From Geosiphon pyriformis uo1 (taxonomy: Eukaryota; Fungi; Glomeromycota), in the NCBI GenBank assembly GCA_016748015.1, contig JAAOMT010000586.1:434001-498000 (forward strand): 64,000 nucleotides of DNA, written 5' to 3'. A model generated the notes under the pieces. The model was not told the origin of the DNA. It made no database searches and saw only the letters and a list, made by a program, of their open reading frames with translations. The position numbers and the translations under genes are program-made. Below, piece by piece: positions 1-13,033 of the stretch (within the stretch, counting starts at the first letter, position 1; every line of letters starts with the position of its first letter).

Positions 1-128
1 TAAACCGCTGGTTAATATTTCTAAACTAGAAAAATCAATACATGTCGTATTTTTAGAGACCAACTAACACACTACTCGTTGATTTTGAAACCTTGCCTGT
101 ATTCTGACAAATTTCCTTCTATTTTCAG

Positions 129-1982
129 TAGCTAGGCCTTTGAGAAGAACACGAAGTCAATATAGCAGCAGAACTGACTCTGTTTACCAAATGACAAAGA
201 TGGATAAATCAGAAAAATCTTCTGCTCATTCTTCGACTTCCTTTGTCGGGAGAGAAGTTGTTTTCGGTATGTAACGGAGGTAATAAATTTTTTTAAGTAA
301 GTAAATATAATTGAGCAGTTTTTCATTTTAACTTAAGTGGATCCTCGAGACAAAAATGAAAAGTTTTGGTGGCCAGCTATGGTAAGCAACTTGCTAAATT
401 AGATCCTGGTTTATACACCATGCCTTAATTTTTTGTTTACTTCAATAGATTGTGCCACATGGAGAGGTAGACGAGTCAATGGGATTCGACGAGTTGGGAC
501 CTAATGAAGTTATTGTAAAATATTTTGAAGATTGTACATAGTAAGTGCTCTCTTATCGTAATTTCACCGAATGTTTTAGACTTTTTAATCTCTTCCCTAT
601 TTTGAGATTAATTTTTGATGAATATTTTCAGTTCTGCTGTTCCTTTAAAAGAGATAAAGCGATTTGATGTACATCATGATCCTTTCCTTAAATATAAAAC
701 GAAATATGGCAAAGAATTTCTTCACCATATCGGCGTTCGAAATGCATGTAATTGTCTGGCAAATGGAGAACCCGATCCAGAATTCAAATGGGATTACTGG
801 ATGCGACCTGCAGAATTAGTCAATCCTTCAGCCAGAAACGTTTACAACACATTAATCATATCTGATGAAATTGATCTTCCAGTAATGACTCGAAAATCAA
901 TGCGTGCTAGAAAGGGCAAAGAAGGTGCTGATTACGATATGGATGGTATTAGTGAAGCTAAACCCCTGAGATCCCGGAAAAAAGTGGTTGCACCAAGAAA
1001 AATTGGCTCCTCAGTTTTAATGATTCTTGATGAGGAAGTTAAAGTGGAGGCTGAAGAAGTAATTCTCAAATCCACAAAACATCCTCGAAAAGCAAATTCA
1101 AGAAAACAAAGTATTTCATCTAATAAGTCTACCGAATTATTCCCTGAATTCTTGTCCGAGACAATTTATGAAAAATCATCTTTGGAAGATGTTTCCCTCA
1201 AAAAGAAAACACTGGTATCGCAGCGGCATGTATTTCCACAATCATCTGAAGAAATTGATGAATCGGTTGTTGATATTGAAGGGATCTCACCTGTTGATAC
1301 TGGAAATCCTGTGTTAGAAAAATCCTTTTCAACTAAAAAGCAAACTGGTAAAAGACCACGGGAACTTTTTTCTGATCAATCTAACGACGAGGGATCACAA
1401 GTTAGGAAGGCGCCCAATCTTCGAAAAGGCAAAACATTCAAAAAGTCGCGTTCAAAAAAACAGAACATAAGTGTGGAATCATATACTTCTCCACGCATTG
1501 AAGATTCAGAGATGCTTTCTAGAACTAGCAAAGTAAATGATGTCCCTGCACGTAAGCCCAAAATGGGAACAAAAAGATTGCGCACACCCGAGCCACATAT
1601 CCTAACATATAATGAGCTTTCAGAGATTTCTAGACGCAACATCGATCGTTTTGATTTTGCAGACCTTGCGCCAGAAGAAAAAGAACCATTATATCAACAA
1701 GGCTTTAAATCTCTTGATTTATTAGGACAACGATATCGTCAGATTGTAAAGACAAAGGAAGAACTGGAAAAGAAACTAAACAAGAAAAAAGCTGATAAGC
1801 GAAGATCTCAAAAATTACAAGAAAGGGCTAATCAAAATAAACCCTCAAACCCTCTCGATAAAGAGCAGGAAGAAATATCACCCGAGGAGGACTCTGACCG
1901 ACATTATGAAGATGAAGAGCAAGAAGATGTCAAAATTAAAGAGGATGGAGAAGAGGAAAAAGCGTGCTCGGGTATCAATTAA
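129..1982 (+). CDS. PWWP-domain protein with long low-complexity C-terminus; 5' end probably upstream of window
   Basis: Exons 129-266, 338-381, 449-540 and 632-1982 join in frame through GT-AG introns, giving FVGREVVFVDPRDKNEKFWWPAMIVP...VIVKYFEDCTYSAVPLKEIKRF. WWPA plus VKYF is the PWWP fold signature. Confidence 0.75.
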
Positions 1983-3820
1983 TGCACCCCAACAATGGGG
2001 ATTCCTTCCAAATCATCTTCGTTCACACAATTAATAAAAATCACCGAGAAATATTCACTATTAAAAAATGGTATTTAGGATCAATGGTTTGACTAAATTC
2101 AAAGTTTGCCTCTGTTATTAACAGTATCAAATGTTTAAGGCTTTCATCAGAATATACTCGCTTGTGTTCGCTAGAATCAAATGTGCCCTTGAACGGCTCG
2201 ACTATGGTAACTTTGAGGATTTGTGCTTGAATTGTTCTCTTGCAGATTATTTATTTGTTGGTGTTTTTCCAAAGTGGATGGGAGAGGAAATCAAGAATAT
2301 CACAACGCAAATTTTAATTCAGTTTCACAATGAGATCAGATTGGAAAACCAAGAAATTTTGGTTCTTGTGAGGATTACCAAGTTTGATAATTTGCAATCT
2401 TAATTTACTTGTACAATTTGATTCTTTCTATGATATTTGTTTGGATGAAAGACCTATTCAAACGCCACTTGCTAATTTTGACAACAATTAATTGTTCTTA
2501 ACTTTTTATATGACCAACAAAAACGAAAGGGATCGAGCCTTTGCCTATTTTTTTATATACAATGTTGAAAGAGTTTTCGATTTAAATTATATATGTTGCA
2601 AATTTTTAATATGGTATCAGATTTAATAAATTTAGTTTTCGTTGTCTTTTATTTTATATTTTAGTAAATAATCTAATATTAATATTTTAAAATAATATTA
2701 TAATGTTTTTTAATGTTATTAAGTTTACATTTATCCATTTATCTGAAGTGACAAAGTTAAAAATAAATAACAATTTAAATTTAAAATTTTTTTGGATTTA
2801 ATGTACATAACGATAAAGAATTGGTATTTAGAAATGATTTTAAGCGAGTGAATCAATTAAATAGTGAATCTTCATCGGAAACCTTCAATACTAAATCCCA
2901 CATACGATTCTTGTTTGCGGAGATTTTTCTCTTTTCTATATTCAACACGAAGCTCAAAATTAAAGACATTCTAAATAGGGGTTCTATATTATTGTTTTAT
3001 ATTTAATATATAAATTGTTTATAATTTTTATTGTTAATAACTTAATTTATATAAATACAAATATATAATTTATTAAAAACTATTAATAATTAATTAAAAA
3101 TATTTTAAATAAAGACCACAAACTTTTTTTTCAATAATGTTTTTTATACTGTTAATACCAACAAATTAATTTATTATATAAATACTGTTATTACTTTTTA
3201 ACTATCATTTTTGTTGAAAAAAAATACATTAAAAAATCCATTGCTAATATCAAAAAAAAGTTTGAAACATTTTTCTGCTTTATTATTTTCATATCTGATC
3301 TATTCGCATTTGTTAGCTTCTTAAAACCTCTTTTGTCTTTTCATTGCGAGCAGCTGTTCACTCGACCTGTTTTGAAATCGTTTCATTTTGAGCGAATTTA
3401 TCCCAATATCTTCTCAGCTGCTCAAACTCCATACTGCATTTATCAGCAAATTTTTTTTCGGATCTTATTCTTCAGATTTTAGGTAAAAATCACCCACTCG
3501 TGATGTCACAATCACAAGTTCACTTTGCCTGGTTTTGTTACAGCAAAACCCCATATATATATTTTTAATTGAAAACATCAAAATTAACTTTTTATAAATA
3601 CACATAATTAAATATTTGTTGATTTGATTTTGTACATAAGAAATATTGATTAAACGTCACCACCTTTATTTATCTTTCAAAAAAAAAAACGGGAAACTTG
3701 AGAAGTTAAAATAATATGATTGAGGAAGATCATAAATATGAGTCACAAATCTTGGTTGATGGGATCTTTTTTTGGACAAATTTCATTTAGCAACTCTCAT
3801 ATTAGACCTGTTAAAAAAAG

Positions 3821-5416
3821 ATGTCAAAATTACCAACTAAGATTTTTAAAGGTTTCGGTTTACCACGTATACGATTCAATGTGACGACTGAAAGCGTAGC
3901 TGGTTGTTCTTTTTTTATTGATTCTAATTAGAGCATTCGATGATTTCCAGAAAAAAATATAAAAATATAAACTATTTTTAAAAATGATGTTTAGAGAACG
4001 CGGTAAAAGCGATGAATTTGAAAGATGATGTGACAGTGATTGAAGCACATACTGGTTCGTGATACTCCAAAAATCATTTATGAATGATGTTATACAACAT
4101 TTTTACTGATCATAGTCATATTCTTATTCAAAGGCTTTGGCGTGCTATCACAAGCATTGTTGAAAAATTCAAAAGTCAAAAAAGTTTTGGCATTCGAATT
4201 TGAGAAGAAACTTCATCCTAGAATGCAAGTGAGTAATAGTTCCTATTTCAATAAAATAAATAACATTGATCAAAGATCTTATACGTCCCCGAGTAGTTCT
4301 CTATAAAAAAAAAATTTCATTTCTCAGGCATTAGCAGCCAATTCGCAAGGTCGTTTGGAATTTTTTCCGTACAGTTTGACAAGATATGTTTCTCACGATA
4401 AACTGGCTCAGCCGTTGGCTCACATATCAAAACATCAATGGATCGAACGTATAACATTTTAATTCGAATTTGGAATTCTTATTATAGACGTGATACTTAC
4501 ATCTATACTTTTTTTAGCACATCCTTCTTTGGTATTCATCGGTCAAGTGCCAATGTCCATCAAAGAAAATTTATTGAATACTTTGATGAATCTACTTGCA
4601 ACAAAGAGCAGTTTTTTTGTATACGGACGCGTCGAAATGTACCTTTTATGTCCGGAAGCTCTTGCCAAAGTATTTATAATGAGTATGTATTAAATGATTT
4701 TTAGTGTAATCTTTCTCTACTGAATGCTTCGATATTTTACGCTTATTTAGAGAATCCTTCCCAATCCAACGGATGAAGCTAAAAGTACAACGAATGTGAT
4801 TATTCACGCTTTAACAACGTCCAGCCTTCTAATGAAAATACCCAAAGAAAATGTTCAGCCTGAGGTATTCTAATGATTAGGCTCTTTGCTGTAAAATTCC
4901 AATTTTATTCAAAGATCAACTCATCTACGAAAAATATAGGAAACTGGTGAAGTCTCGCTACTTAGAATAACACCTCTTTTGGAAGCAAAACTAGATGGTA
5001 TGTCTTCAAAAGTTCATTTGGTAGAATGCTTTGAATTGTTTTTATTTTTGAGACGTACATTTTGAGAATTTCTCTATACTGTTACTATTAGAATCAAATT
5101 GGGAAACGTATCGATACGTGACGCGTCTGATGTATTCAGTACCAAAGAAACCATTATCTAAAGTAATAAGGTAGCTTTTAGTGTGATTATATAAGTTATT
5201 TTGTTTTATTTTTACTTAATAATATTATGAAATAATTACAGAAGTTTAGCTGCAGGGGCGGAAGAGCTATTGCCGAAATTATCGTTCGACCCAGATATCC
5301 CAACTGGCTTGATGTCATTGGAACAAATGTGTGAATTGACAACTGTATTTGACAAATGGCATCTTCGCCCTATCCATCTAGATGAGAAGATGAATGATCA
5401 TTCCAGGAGATTATGA
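3821..5416 (+). CDS. MTF1: Mitochondrial transcription factor Mtf1/TFB-like (rRNA adenine dimethylase family), about 9 exons
   Basis: Spliced product contains VIEAHTGFGVLSQALL (SAM-binding motif I), KKVLAFEFEK, HPSLVFIGQVP, FVYGRVEMYL, LLRITP and C-terminal FDKWHLRP. All introns are GT-AG. Confidence 0.75.
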
Positions 5417-5490
5417 AAGGATCAAACGAGATAACATTAGGATAAACTAAAATATTTCAATTATTACAATTATTATTATTATTATTATCC

Positions 5491-5988
5491 CTATCTATCA
5501 TAGTAACCTGGGGGCGGTTTGGGCCCTTGAGAATTTTTGCCCCAGAATCCCTTTAAAATTTTAACTCCAGCATTACTCTTTTGAGGCTGTCCGTTTTTCG
5601 GTTTCCATAATTCAGTTTTTGGCAAAGGCCTTTTGTATAGTTCCACATTGAATTTATTAGTTTGATGAAGCAGCCATATTGGTTTTGTGATTTTCCCGTC
5701 CACAACTCCCGCGAGAGGGATCGGGGTTTTTGCAGGCGGACAATTGGTCAAGTCAGACTCTTTCAAGATTTTCTTTTTCAAAAGTCCCTTACCAAGCATG
5801 CTGTTTACGATTCGATGTTTCAAATAGTTTAGCGAGACTAGTTGGGGAAACTCCTTGGAGAAGTTTTCATAAATTTGAGTTGTGGTCATCGGACCTCGTG
5901 TGATAAGCAAGTGACCGACTACTCGGGACGGAGAGGGATGATATTTTTTTCTTGGAGTGTAATCTTTTAAGTTTAATGTCTTCAACAT
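5491..5988 (-). CDS. Basic 165-aa hypothetical protein (intronless)
   Basis: Clean ATG-to-stop ORF with coding-like composition, lying between recognisable genes. No family recognised. Confidence 0.65.
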   Translation of the reverse strand: MLKTLNLKDYTPRKKYHPSPSRVVGHLLITRGPMTTTQIYENFSKEFPQLVSLNYLKHRIVNSMLGKGLLKKKILKESDLTNCPPAKTPIPLAGVVDGKITKPIWLLHQTNKFNVELYKRPLPKTELWKPKNGQPQKSNAGVKILKGFWGKNSQGPKPPPGYYDR

Positions 5989-6378
5989 CTTGAAACCCTA
6001 GAAAATGGTCGTGTCGGCTTATAATATGAATAGAAAGCAGTCGGGCATTCAACAAAGTCGAACTCTAAAGTGAAGAAAGGTGTATTGTCAAGGAAAATTT
6101 CATGATTGGTGATCAGCATCTGCTTTGACTAATTTCAGACTTTTGATCTAATAATCGATTTTATTTTAAAACTATTTCTTTCGTGATCACGTTAAAAGGT
6201 TTATACGGAACTGATATCGAGAGCTTGAAAATTTCCTCGTCTTCTTCCTTGAGGCCTTGAGGGAGTGATTTAGAGATAAAAAATTTTTGCAAAGACCAAT
6301 TTTCAGATTCACTTGACTTGGGAATCCCGGTTTGAGCAAACAGGTCAAGTTTATTAAAGCACATATTCACAAATAATT

Positions 6379-7818
6379 CTAACAAGAATCAATAGCATGT
6401 TTCCTGTACTCCCAGTACTTGCGGCGTATTGTATCATGCTCTTCAGCCAAAAGGATACAATTCTGGTAAAGCGCTCTTAAAATTCAGCATTGAATGTACA
6501 AACCTTGACAAAATTGACAACACCTTAATGAAAAGAACCTCACCTTGATACCCTCCAGCTTATCCTTTTCAGATCCTTCACGAGCTCTTTTCTCATAAAT
6601 ATCAACGAGACAACCCAAAACGTGTGCAGAAACAATATTCTTCTCCTGAATTTCTTTGCAAACCTCCTCTAAAATACCGATATCTTCACCCAATCTTGTG
6701 ATAAGCCTACATTAAAAAAAATTATGGTTAACAGAAGGTAAGTTAACTATTAGCAATTGATTCCCTACCCTTTAATATAATTCCATGGACTAATATTGTT
6801 TGGAGCTATCATGATTTTTTCTGTCGAATATCTAAAATGAACAGAATGATTTGGGAAGATTAAATTTAGCGTATCCTTCAGAGTTGAAAAATAAAATAGA
6901 ATTACCGTAATTCCAAATTCAAAGTTTCTTTGGTGAATTCTTCAGGTTTGTGAAAAATCACATAATATCGGTGATTCCATGCTGAATTATTTCTTACATC
7001 CTCTACCAACAAAGAATCGACAAATTGTAATTCTTCATCCCACAGATCAAACCTTTTATTTACCCATTGCCTTTACACCCATTTTTTGCAAATGGACTTG
7101 TAATATGAGTCGGATAACAGTTTTCAAAAAAAAATAAAACATCACATACCTATAGGACCAAGCATGATAATTTTTCGAATCATCAATAAGGATACGGCTT
7201 AAGAAAGATAATTCACGCGAACTATCATTCAACTTATCTAAAATGAGTTGCCGATGGTGCCTATCAAAAAATTCACACTTATAAAAAAACCAGAGAAAAG
7301 AATGCGTTAGAGCGGAGAATCACAAACCATAGTTGGTAGTTTTTTGGGTTGGCTTCAGCTAAACTTTGTACAAACTCCAATTCCTTGTATAAGTCTTTGT
7401 CTAAGGAAAATAGTATTTGTTGACGGTAATTCCTAAGGTTAACCCAAAGATATATAGTTTAGTAAATTATTATATTTTTTAATTAGCTCTCAAGAAATGA
7501 AAGTTCACCAAATTGTATAATGAGCAGGATTGAGTTCAATTATATGTTCGGTCAACTCCAACGCCCTATCACTAAGTTCTCCTTTTCGAGAAATAGCACG
7601 AAAATAATCCATGGCGTTGGAATCTGGGGTTGTTTGAAATGAATGGAGATTAACCATAGAATTTTCCATTTATGAAAACCCATCAAATGTTAACAGAGAT
7701 GCTTACACTCTTTAGCATAGGCTATAGGAGCCAAGGGGTCTGGACCATCATCTTGAGGAATGGGAATAACGTCATTCCACTCTGCTCTTTCATTATATGG
7801 AATTGTGAAGCCGGACAT
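6379..7818 (-). CDS. RAM2: Protein farnesyltransferase/geranylgeranyltransferase-I alpha subunit, 8 exons
   Basis: [22 protein letters not shown]; PFTA repeats [44 protein letters not shown] and [10 protein letters not shown]; C-terminal [11 protein letters not shown]. Confidence 0.95.
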
Positions 7819-8470
7819 TTCGTCAATTAAATAATTTTTAAGACCACTCGAACGTTTTGAAAACCAATCGCAGTAGTTAATAGATTTAAACACCCCAATA
7901 CCTTAAATACTTTCCTGACATTTCTTTACGATTCTGATTGGTTGCTATAAGTAGCATAAAAGCTCGAAGATGGATCGGCCAACATGAAAATCTTCTAATT
8001 TTGGAACAGATCAGAATATGTCCCACCTTTTTTTAAAGGAGATTTTTTAATATACCCCCTGAATCTTTTAATCTTTCTCCCCGTGCCTTACATCACATTT
8101 TGCCTTTGTACTTCAAATTATCTTCTCCTCACCCTGACCTCTAGTATAACTTAACCTTTGACTATTGACAAAGAAACAAAAATTGTGTATATTTCATTTT
8201 TTCTCAAGTTAAAAGCTATTGTTTTGTAGCTCAATACTTGATTTTTTTCAAGGCGCTCCAAAGTTACGCGGAATTTGTAAAAGAAAAAGTGGCCCAGCTA
8301 TTACTTTTTGGTTAACCAATTAACTAGCATAGCTTAAAACCCAAAATCCATACGAGAAGCCTGGGATTCAAATATCTTTGGTTTACTGTTACTTAGAAAC
8401 TTAGCTCAATCCCTAAAGACAAATCGCAATTGAGACCTCGCATCGTATCGCTTCTAATAGGTGTTTCAGA

Positions 8471-9544
8471 ATGTCGTCCCCAACTGAAGACAGTGCCCAA
8501 ACGACAAACAGGTATAAACGAGTAGGTTTCTCTTTCATCTTATTAAAAGAACTTGAGACTTATTCGTTGGTCTATCATTTACAGCGTTGTACTGAAAGTT
8601 GGGATGGTTGGTGACTCGCAGATCGGAAAAACGAGTTTAATGGTAAAATACGTTGAAGGATCTTTTGATGAAGATTATATTCAAACTTTAGGTAAATTAA
8701 TTAAATAATTGACTGGCTTAATTTCATTTCTTGCGGCTAAAATAGTATTTTTCTCAGGGGTCAATTTTATGGAGAAAACCATCTCCATTCGAAATAATTT
8801 GATAACTTTCAGTATATGGGATCTTGGTGGTAGGTGTCTTCCCTAGTATTCTATATTATGAAAATGGTTAAAGAGATCGTTTCATTTATTATTGGGATCA
8901 CTTTTCTCAATTTTAGGACAGCGCGAATTTGTTAACATGTTGCCACTAGTCTGTAATGATGCCGTTGCCATTCTATTCATGTTTGATCTATCTCGAAAGT
9001 CTACTTTGAATAGTATCAAAGAGTGGTTCCGACAGGCTCGGGGATTCAATAAAGTTTGCAATTGATATTTTCCCAGTTTTTGCCCATATTTTTTATATTT
9101 CCATTGTTTGATCAAAAAAATCAAAAATTATAGAACGCAATTCCATTTCTGATTGGGACGAAATACGATAACTTTGCAACCTTTCCTGATAAGGAAAAGG
9201 AAGAGATTACGAAACAGGTAACTAGTATTTTTTCAACCTTTCCAAATTTCTCCAATCTAGTTTGAACCTGCTAACATCGATTCCAACCAATAAAAAAGGC
9301 ACGAAAATTTGCGCGTGCGATGAAAGCCCCACTGATTTTCTGTTCAACGTTACATTCGATCAATGTGCAAAAAATTTTCAAAATTGTGCTCTCAAAAGCT
9401 TTCGATCTCAGATGTACCATTCCAGAAATTAAGGAAGTGGGTGCCCCGATCTTGGAGTACATTTCGGTACCCACAACCTTGGGATATGAAGGGAAAAAGG
9501 AGGAGAAGCCGGACAATGAAAAGAAGATTCGAGTTGGTGTGTGA
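8471..9544 (+). CDS. TEM1: Tem1/Spg1 small GTPase (mitotic exit / septation initiation network)
   Basis: [69 protein letters not shown] and [18 protein letters not shown] across 6 GT-AG exons. Confidence 0.95.
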
Positions 9545-10088
9545 GCGAAGGGAGTTTTTACTGACAATTTTATTATTCAGGAAAAGTTTCAACCTTTCCT
9601 GCAATAATGTTGACATCGGCATTGGCTGTCTTTTTTTTTTTTTAATAAACATTCATTTTACATTTATTATTTCATACTATCAATCAATACTCTTTTTTAC
9701 AATATATACATATTTGTATTAATTGTCATGTAATTTTAATATCAAACTAATTTTTTAAAAATAATAGTCATAGGCGTTCCTTTTGAACATTTGGATCATG
9801 AAAATATCTTTCTAATTCACAACTATAATAATTTGAAATTTTTTGGGCGGTTAAACAATCTTTGAAAGCTGTATACAATAAAACTGCATTAATGAATAAG
9901 CTCTTGAATCTTAATTCGGCAATAAATTATCCCTTTATTATAAGACTGAAGCATTTTGTTCAGAAAGATACGATATCTTGGTTTGGTGGAAAACCACAAT
10001 TTCTAAAGGAACATGATATTTCTCCCAAGGATTTCAGTCGGGCATCACCTACTCATCACATGATGAAAGAAATGGATATCTCAGATTT

Positions 10089-11258
10089 TCATGCATAGCT
10101 AGCTTCTATTATGGTACAATTCGTACAATCATAATAGCAGAGAAGATGAACTTTGAATGCTGCGACTTTTATCATAAGTTGTTTCTAACATGAATAATTT
10201 TATCAAATAAGTAGAGTTTTTATGCCAAAAAAACTGCATAATTTTTTACCTACCAATAAATGGGATTGATTCGAATTCAATACTTGCCCAGGGCTACATA
10301 TAACAAAATCCTGATCGATCACTATATTCCCATTTCGTAGCAAAGTAGGCAATCCTAATTTACGCAACTCCGTTTCCATCGAGGGTGGGCATGGTTCAGG
10401 TGGGCTACCACGGCAAACGACTCCTGCTGGTATCGTAACCTCTTGATTATTCAAGTGTCCGGATCGGGCGTAATCAGCCTCTTCAAAATCTTGAAAATAC
10501 ATTACTATGGAAGAAACTGGTAGCTGGGTGAATAATAAACCTACTTCTCCAGTTAGACGCTATCAATACAAACTTATTAGTAGAAAAGGGTTTTAAAGAT
10601 GGACAAACCATAGGTATGAAAAAGGAAAAAGCGATATGAATTTTAATCAAGGAATTCGGATACCTTGCCAAAAATGTCTAGGTTAAATTTGTATGCTGTT
10701 TCCTTGGTCTTACCAAATGCCTGCTGTATCACCTTATTATTACCAAAGAAGAATCTAAAAATTGATGGAAAATAATTATTCGAACAAGAAAGAGAAAACC
10801 GTTTAAAACATCAAGTTTTTTAATTTTCATACTTACCGGTTATCATTTAATTGTCTTCGAACAGTTTTTAGATGATTGTTGCGCATGTTCTTTACACTAA
10901 ATAGCCAAATGTATTGGAATTTTTCTACACATTCTCTTATCTTTAAAAAATTAAATTACCTTAGTTTAGTGTATTGTGATAGGCCAAAAATTTTTGTTTA
11001 GACCTATAGCCTTTGAAAATTAAAAGATATAATACGTTTTTAGTAAGGCCCAGTTTTTTGGAAATGACTCCTTTATCATCTGGGCTTTTTGAAGCTATCC
11101 AAAAAAATATATAATAAGGCATTCAGTTCAAAAGCATTGAGTTAGTTGTATGAAAAGATTGAAAAGACAACTTCACTAAACCCATAAGAATGAAAAGTTA
11201 ATTTACCAAATTGGGTTTTACGTTTTCTGAGTTTTGTTACTCTTTTCGATACGCCCAT
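10089..11258 (-). CDS. MRT4: Ribosome assembly factor Mrt4 (uL10/P0-like)
   Basis: IRECVEKFQYIWLFSVKNMRNNHLK, FFFGNNKV, GEVGLLFT, DYARSG, SMETELRKLGLPTLLRNG, ICSPGQVLNSNQSHLLKQL. The N-terminal exons are less certain. Confidence 0.85.
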
Positions 11259-11701
11259 GGTTGTCTTTGTTGGTGGAAAGAGGTAAGCGACTGGTTTTAG
11301 TTAATAGGAAAATCTAAGTTGTAAATTGGGCAAAAATCTCGAAAATAAATTCAAAATCTCCGATGATTTTTTCCTCTTCGAAATCAATTGGCTAGGATGA
11401 ATCTATGATTCACCTAGTTGACTTTTGAGTCTAGACATTAATAAGCTTCGTGCAACTGTTCCAGGGAACAGGGGTTTAATGAAAGGAGAAAATTTTCCGC
11501 CTTGTCAGACCAGGAAAAGATTAACTCCGCGACATGAGTATTTATCATGAGAAGCCCTTTCGATGTGGAATATTTATTCAATTTTTTCTCTTTAATGTGG
11601 CCCAACTACCTTTTCATTTTCAAATTGGATTTTGAGCTTAACATATTCTTATTTAAAATAACCAATAAAAAAATCAAGTTTTATTGAACAAGAGTGAACT
11701 C

Positions 11702-13033
11702 ATGGCGTTTACAACAGTAGAAGCAAGTGGACATTCACAAGTTTCTAATGCGTTTCCCGACCCTTCAGAAGATCTTTTTTGGCAAAAAGCAAAGAGTGCT
11801 GTTGAAGACGCTCATGACGTTAGTATTAGTTGCAACTTATAAATTGGAGAAGTTCATAAAGGTTTTTTTCCCTAGTCTTAGATTTACGATTAAAATCAAT
11901 TGTTAAATGGAGAGGACGTTGTTCTTTAATGATTTTTGTCAAAGAGTTATATTTAAGTGAAAATATATCAAGAAAACCTTAAAAATATACCATTACTCAA
12001 ATTTTACTTTTTTTCAATTTTACGTTTGCTTCAAACATTCCTTTTTAGCCTGATAATATATGGAATCCTGAAAAAAATCAAGAGCCTTTAAATATTAAAA
12101 ATTATAGATTAGGAAAGAATAAAGAAAAGGAAGAGGCAATAACACCACCACTTCCTCCACCTCCCTCAATTATGAGTTCTAATAATCCATCACGCCATTC
12201 ACGTAAAAGTAGTAGAGTGAATTGGAATTTGCAAACGGAATCAGAGAAACATGTTGAACTATTAGGTATTCTTAAAATAGATTTTGATATTAAAGAATGA
12301 TAATAAGTTTTAACCTGTTTATTTTAAATTTAGAGACTAAGTTAAAAGATGTAATTGCAAGTAGTACAAAATTGAGATCTCCGACTGCGACTGATTTCGA
12401 TGGTAAAAAAATTATTTCATTTCTATTCCCCTATATTTCAATTTATTTATTTTTAATTTAATATCCTTTTCAGGTACCACACTTGCCACACTTGGATATC
12501 ATCCTGAAGAATCAACCACAATAGCAACCGCATTATCAGCTACTATATCAGCTGAAAATGGAGATCAAGATGAGAATAATGATGAAATGGATAAATGCTT
12601 TATAGGAGGAGATGGGAATATTCCACAAGAATATGATGAAGGGTTATGGCTGTTATGGAGGAACAATATACAATCATTATCGGTATCATCATCATCAGAA
12701 ATCAATAGGGATCGAAGAATGAGCTTCTTATTACCTTTATTAACGAGAAATAGTAATAACAACAACAATAATAATAATCAGAATCAGAATCAGAATCAGA
12801 ATGATGAAAGAATTGGCGAAGGAGATTTGGGTGTTTTAGGCGAATATTATGAAACAGAAGAGATGGATGCAGCACAAGATGAATTTTTATTTGACAGTGC
12901 ACGTAGAAAATTAGAAAAAGAATATTTATGGGGAGCTGGATGGTGGTGGTGGTGTGCTGCTGCTTTTACACAGCGATGGATTGGATGTGGGATTTGTGGG
13001 CTAGAAGAAGATGAAATTATTGGGATTTGGTAA
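11702..13033 (+). CDS. Hypothetical protein, possibly CCDC32-like; 4 exons
   Basis: Exons from ATG 11702 (MAFTTVEAS...DLFWQKAKS) join by GT-AG introns to ...ESEKHVELL|ETKLKDVIASS and the terminal ORF ending at 13033. It includes an N/NQ microsatellite. Confidence 0.6.
12755..12802 (+). repeat. Coding microsatellite (AAY)n + (AATCAG)4
   Basis: aataacaacaacaataataataatcagaatcagaatcagaatcagaat, encoding NNNNNNNNQNQNQNQN. Confidence 0.85.

Noticed and set aside
2131-3006. Short ORFs downstream of the PWWP gene
   Set aside because: No motifs; the context is 3'UTR or AT-rich intergenic.
10560-10665. GTATCC donor in MRT4 as a U12 minor intron
   Set aside because: It continues GA rather than TT, and the branch site (CTAAT) is U2-type.
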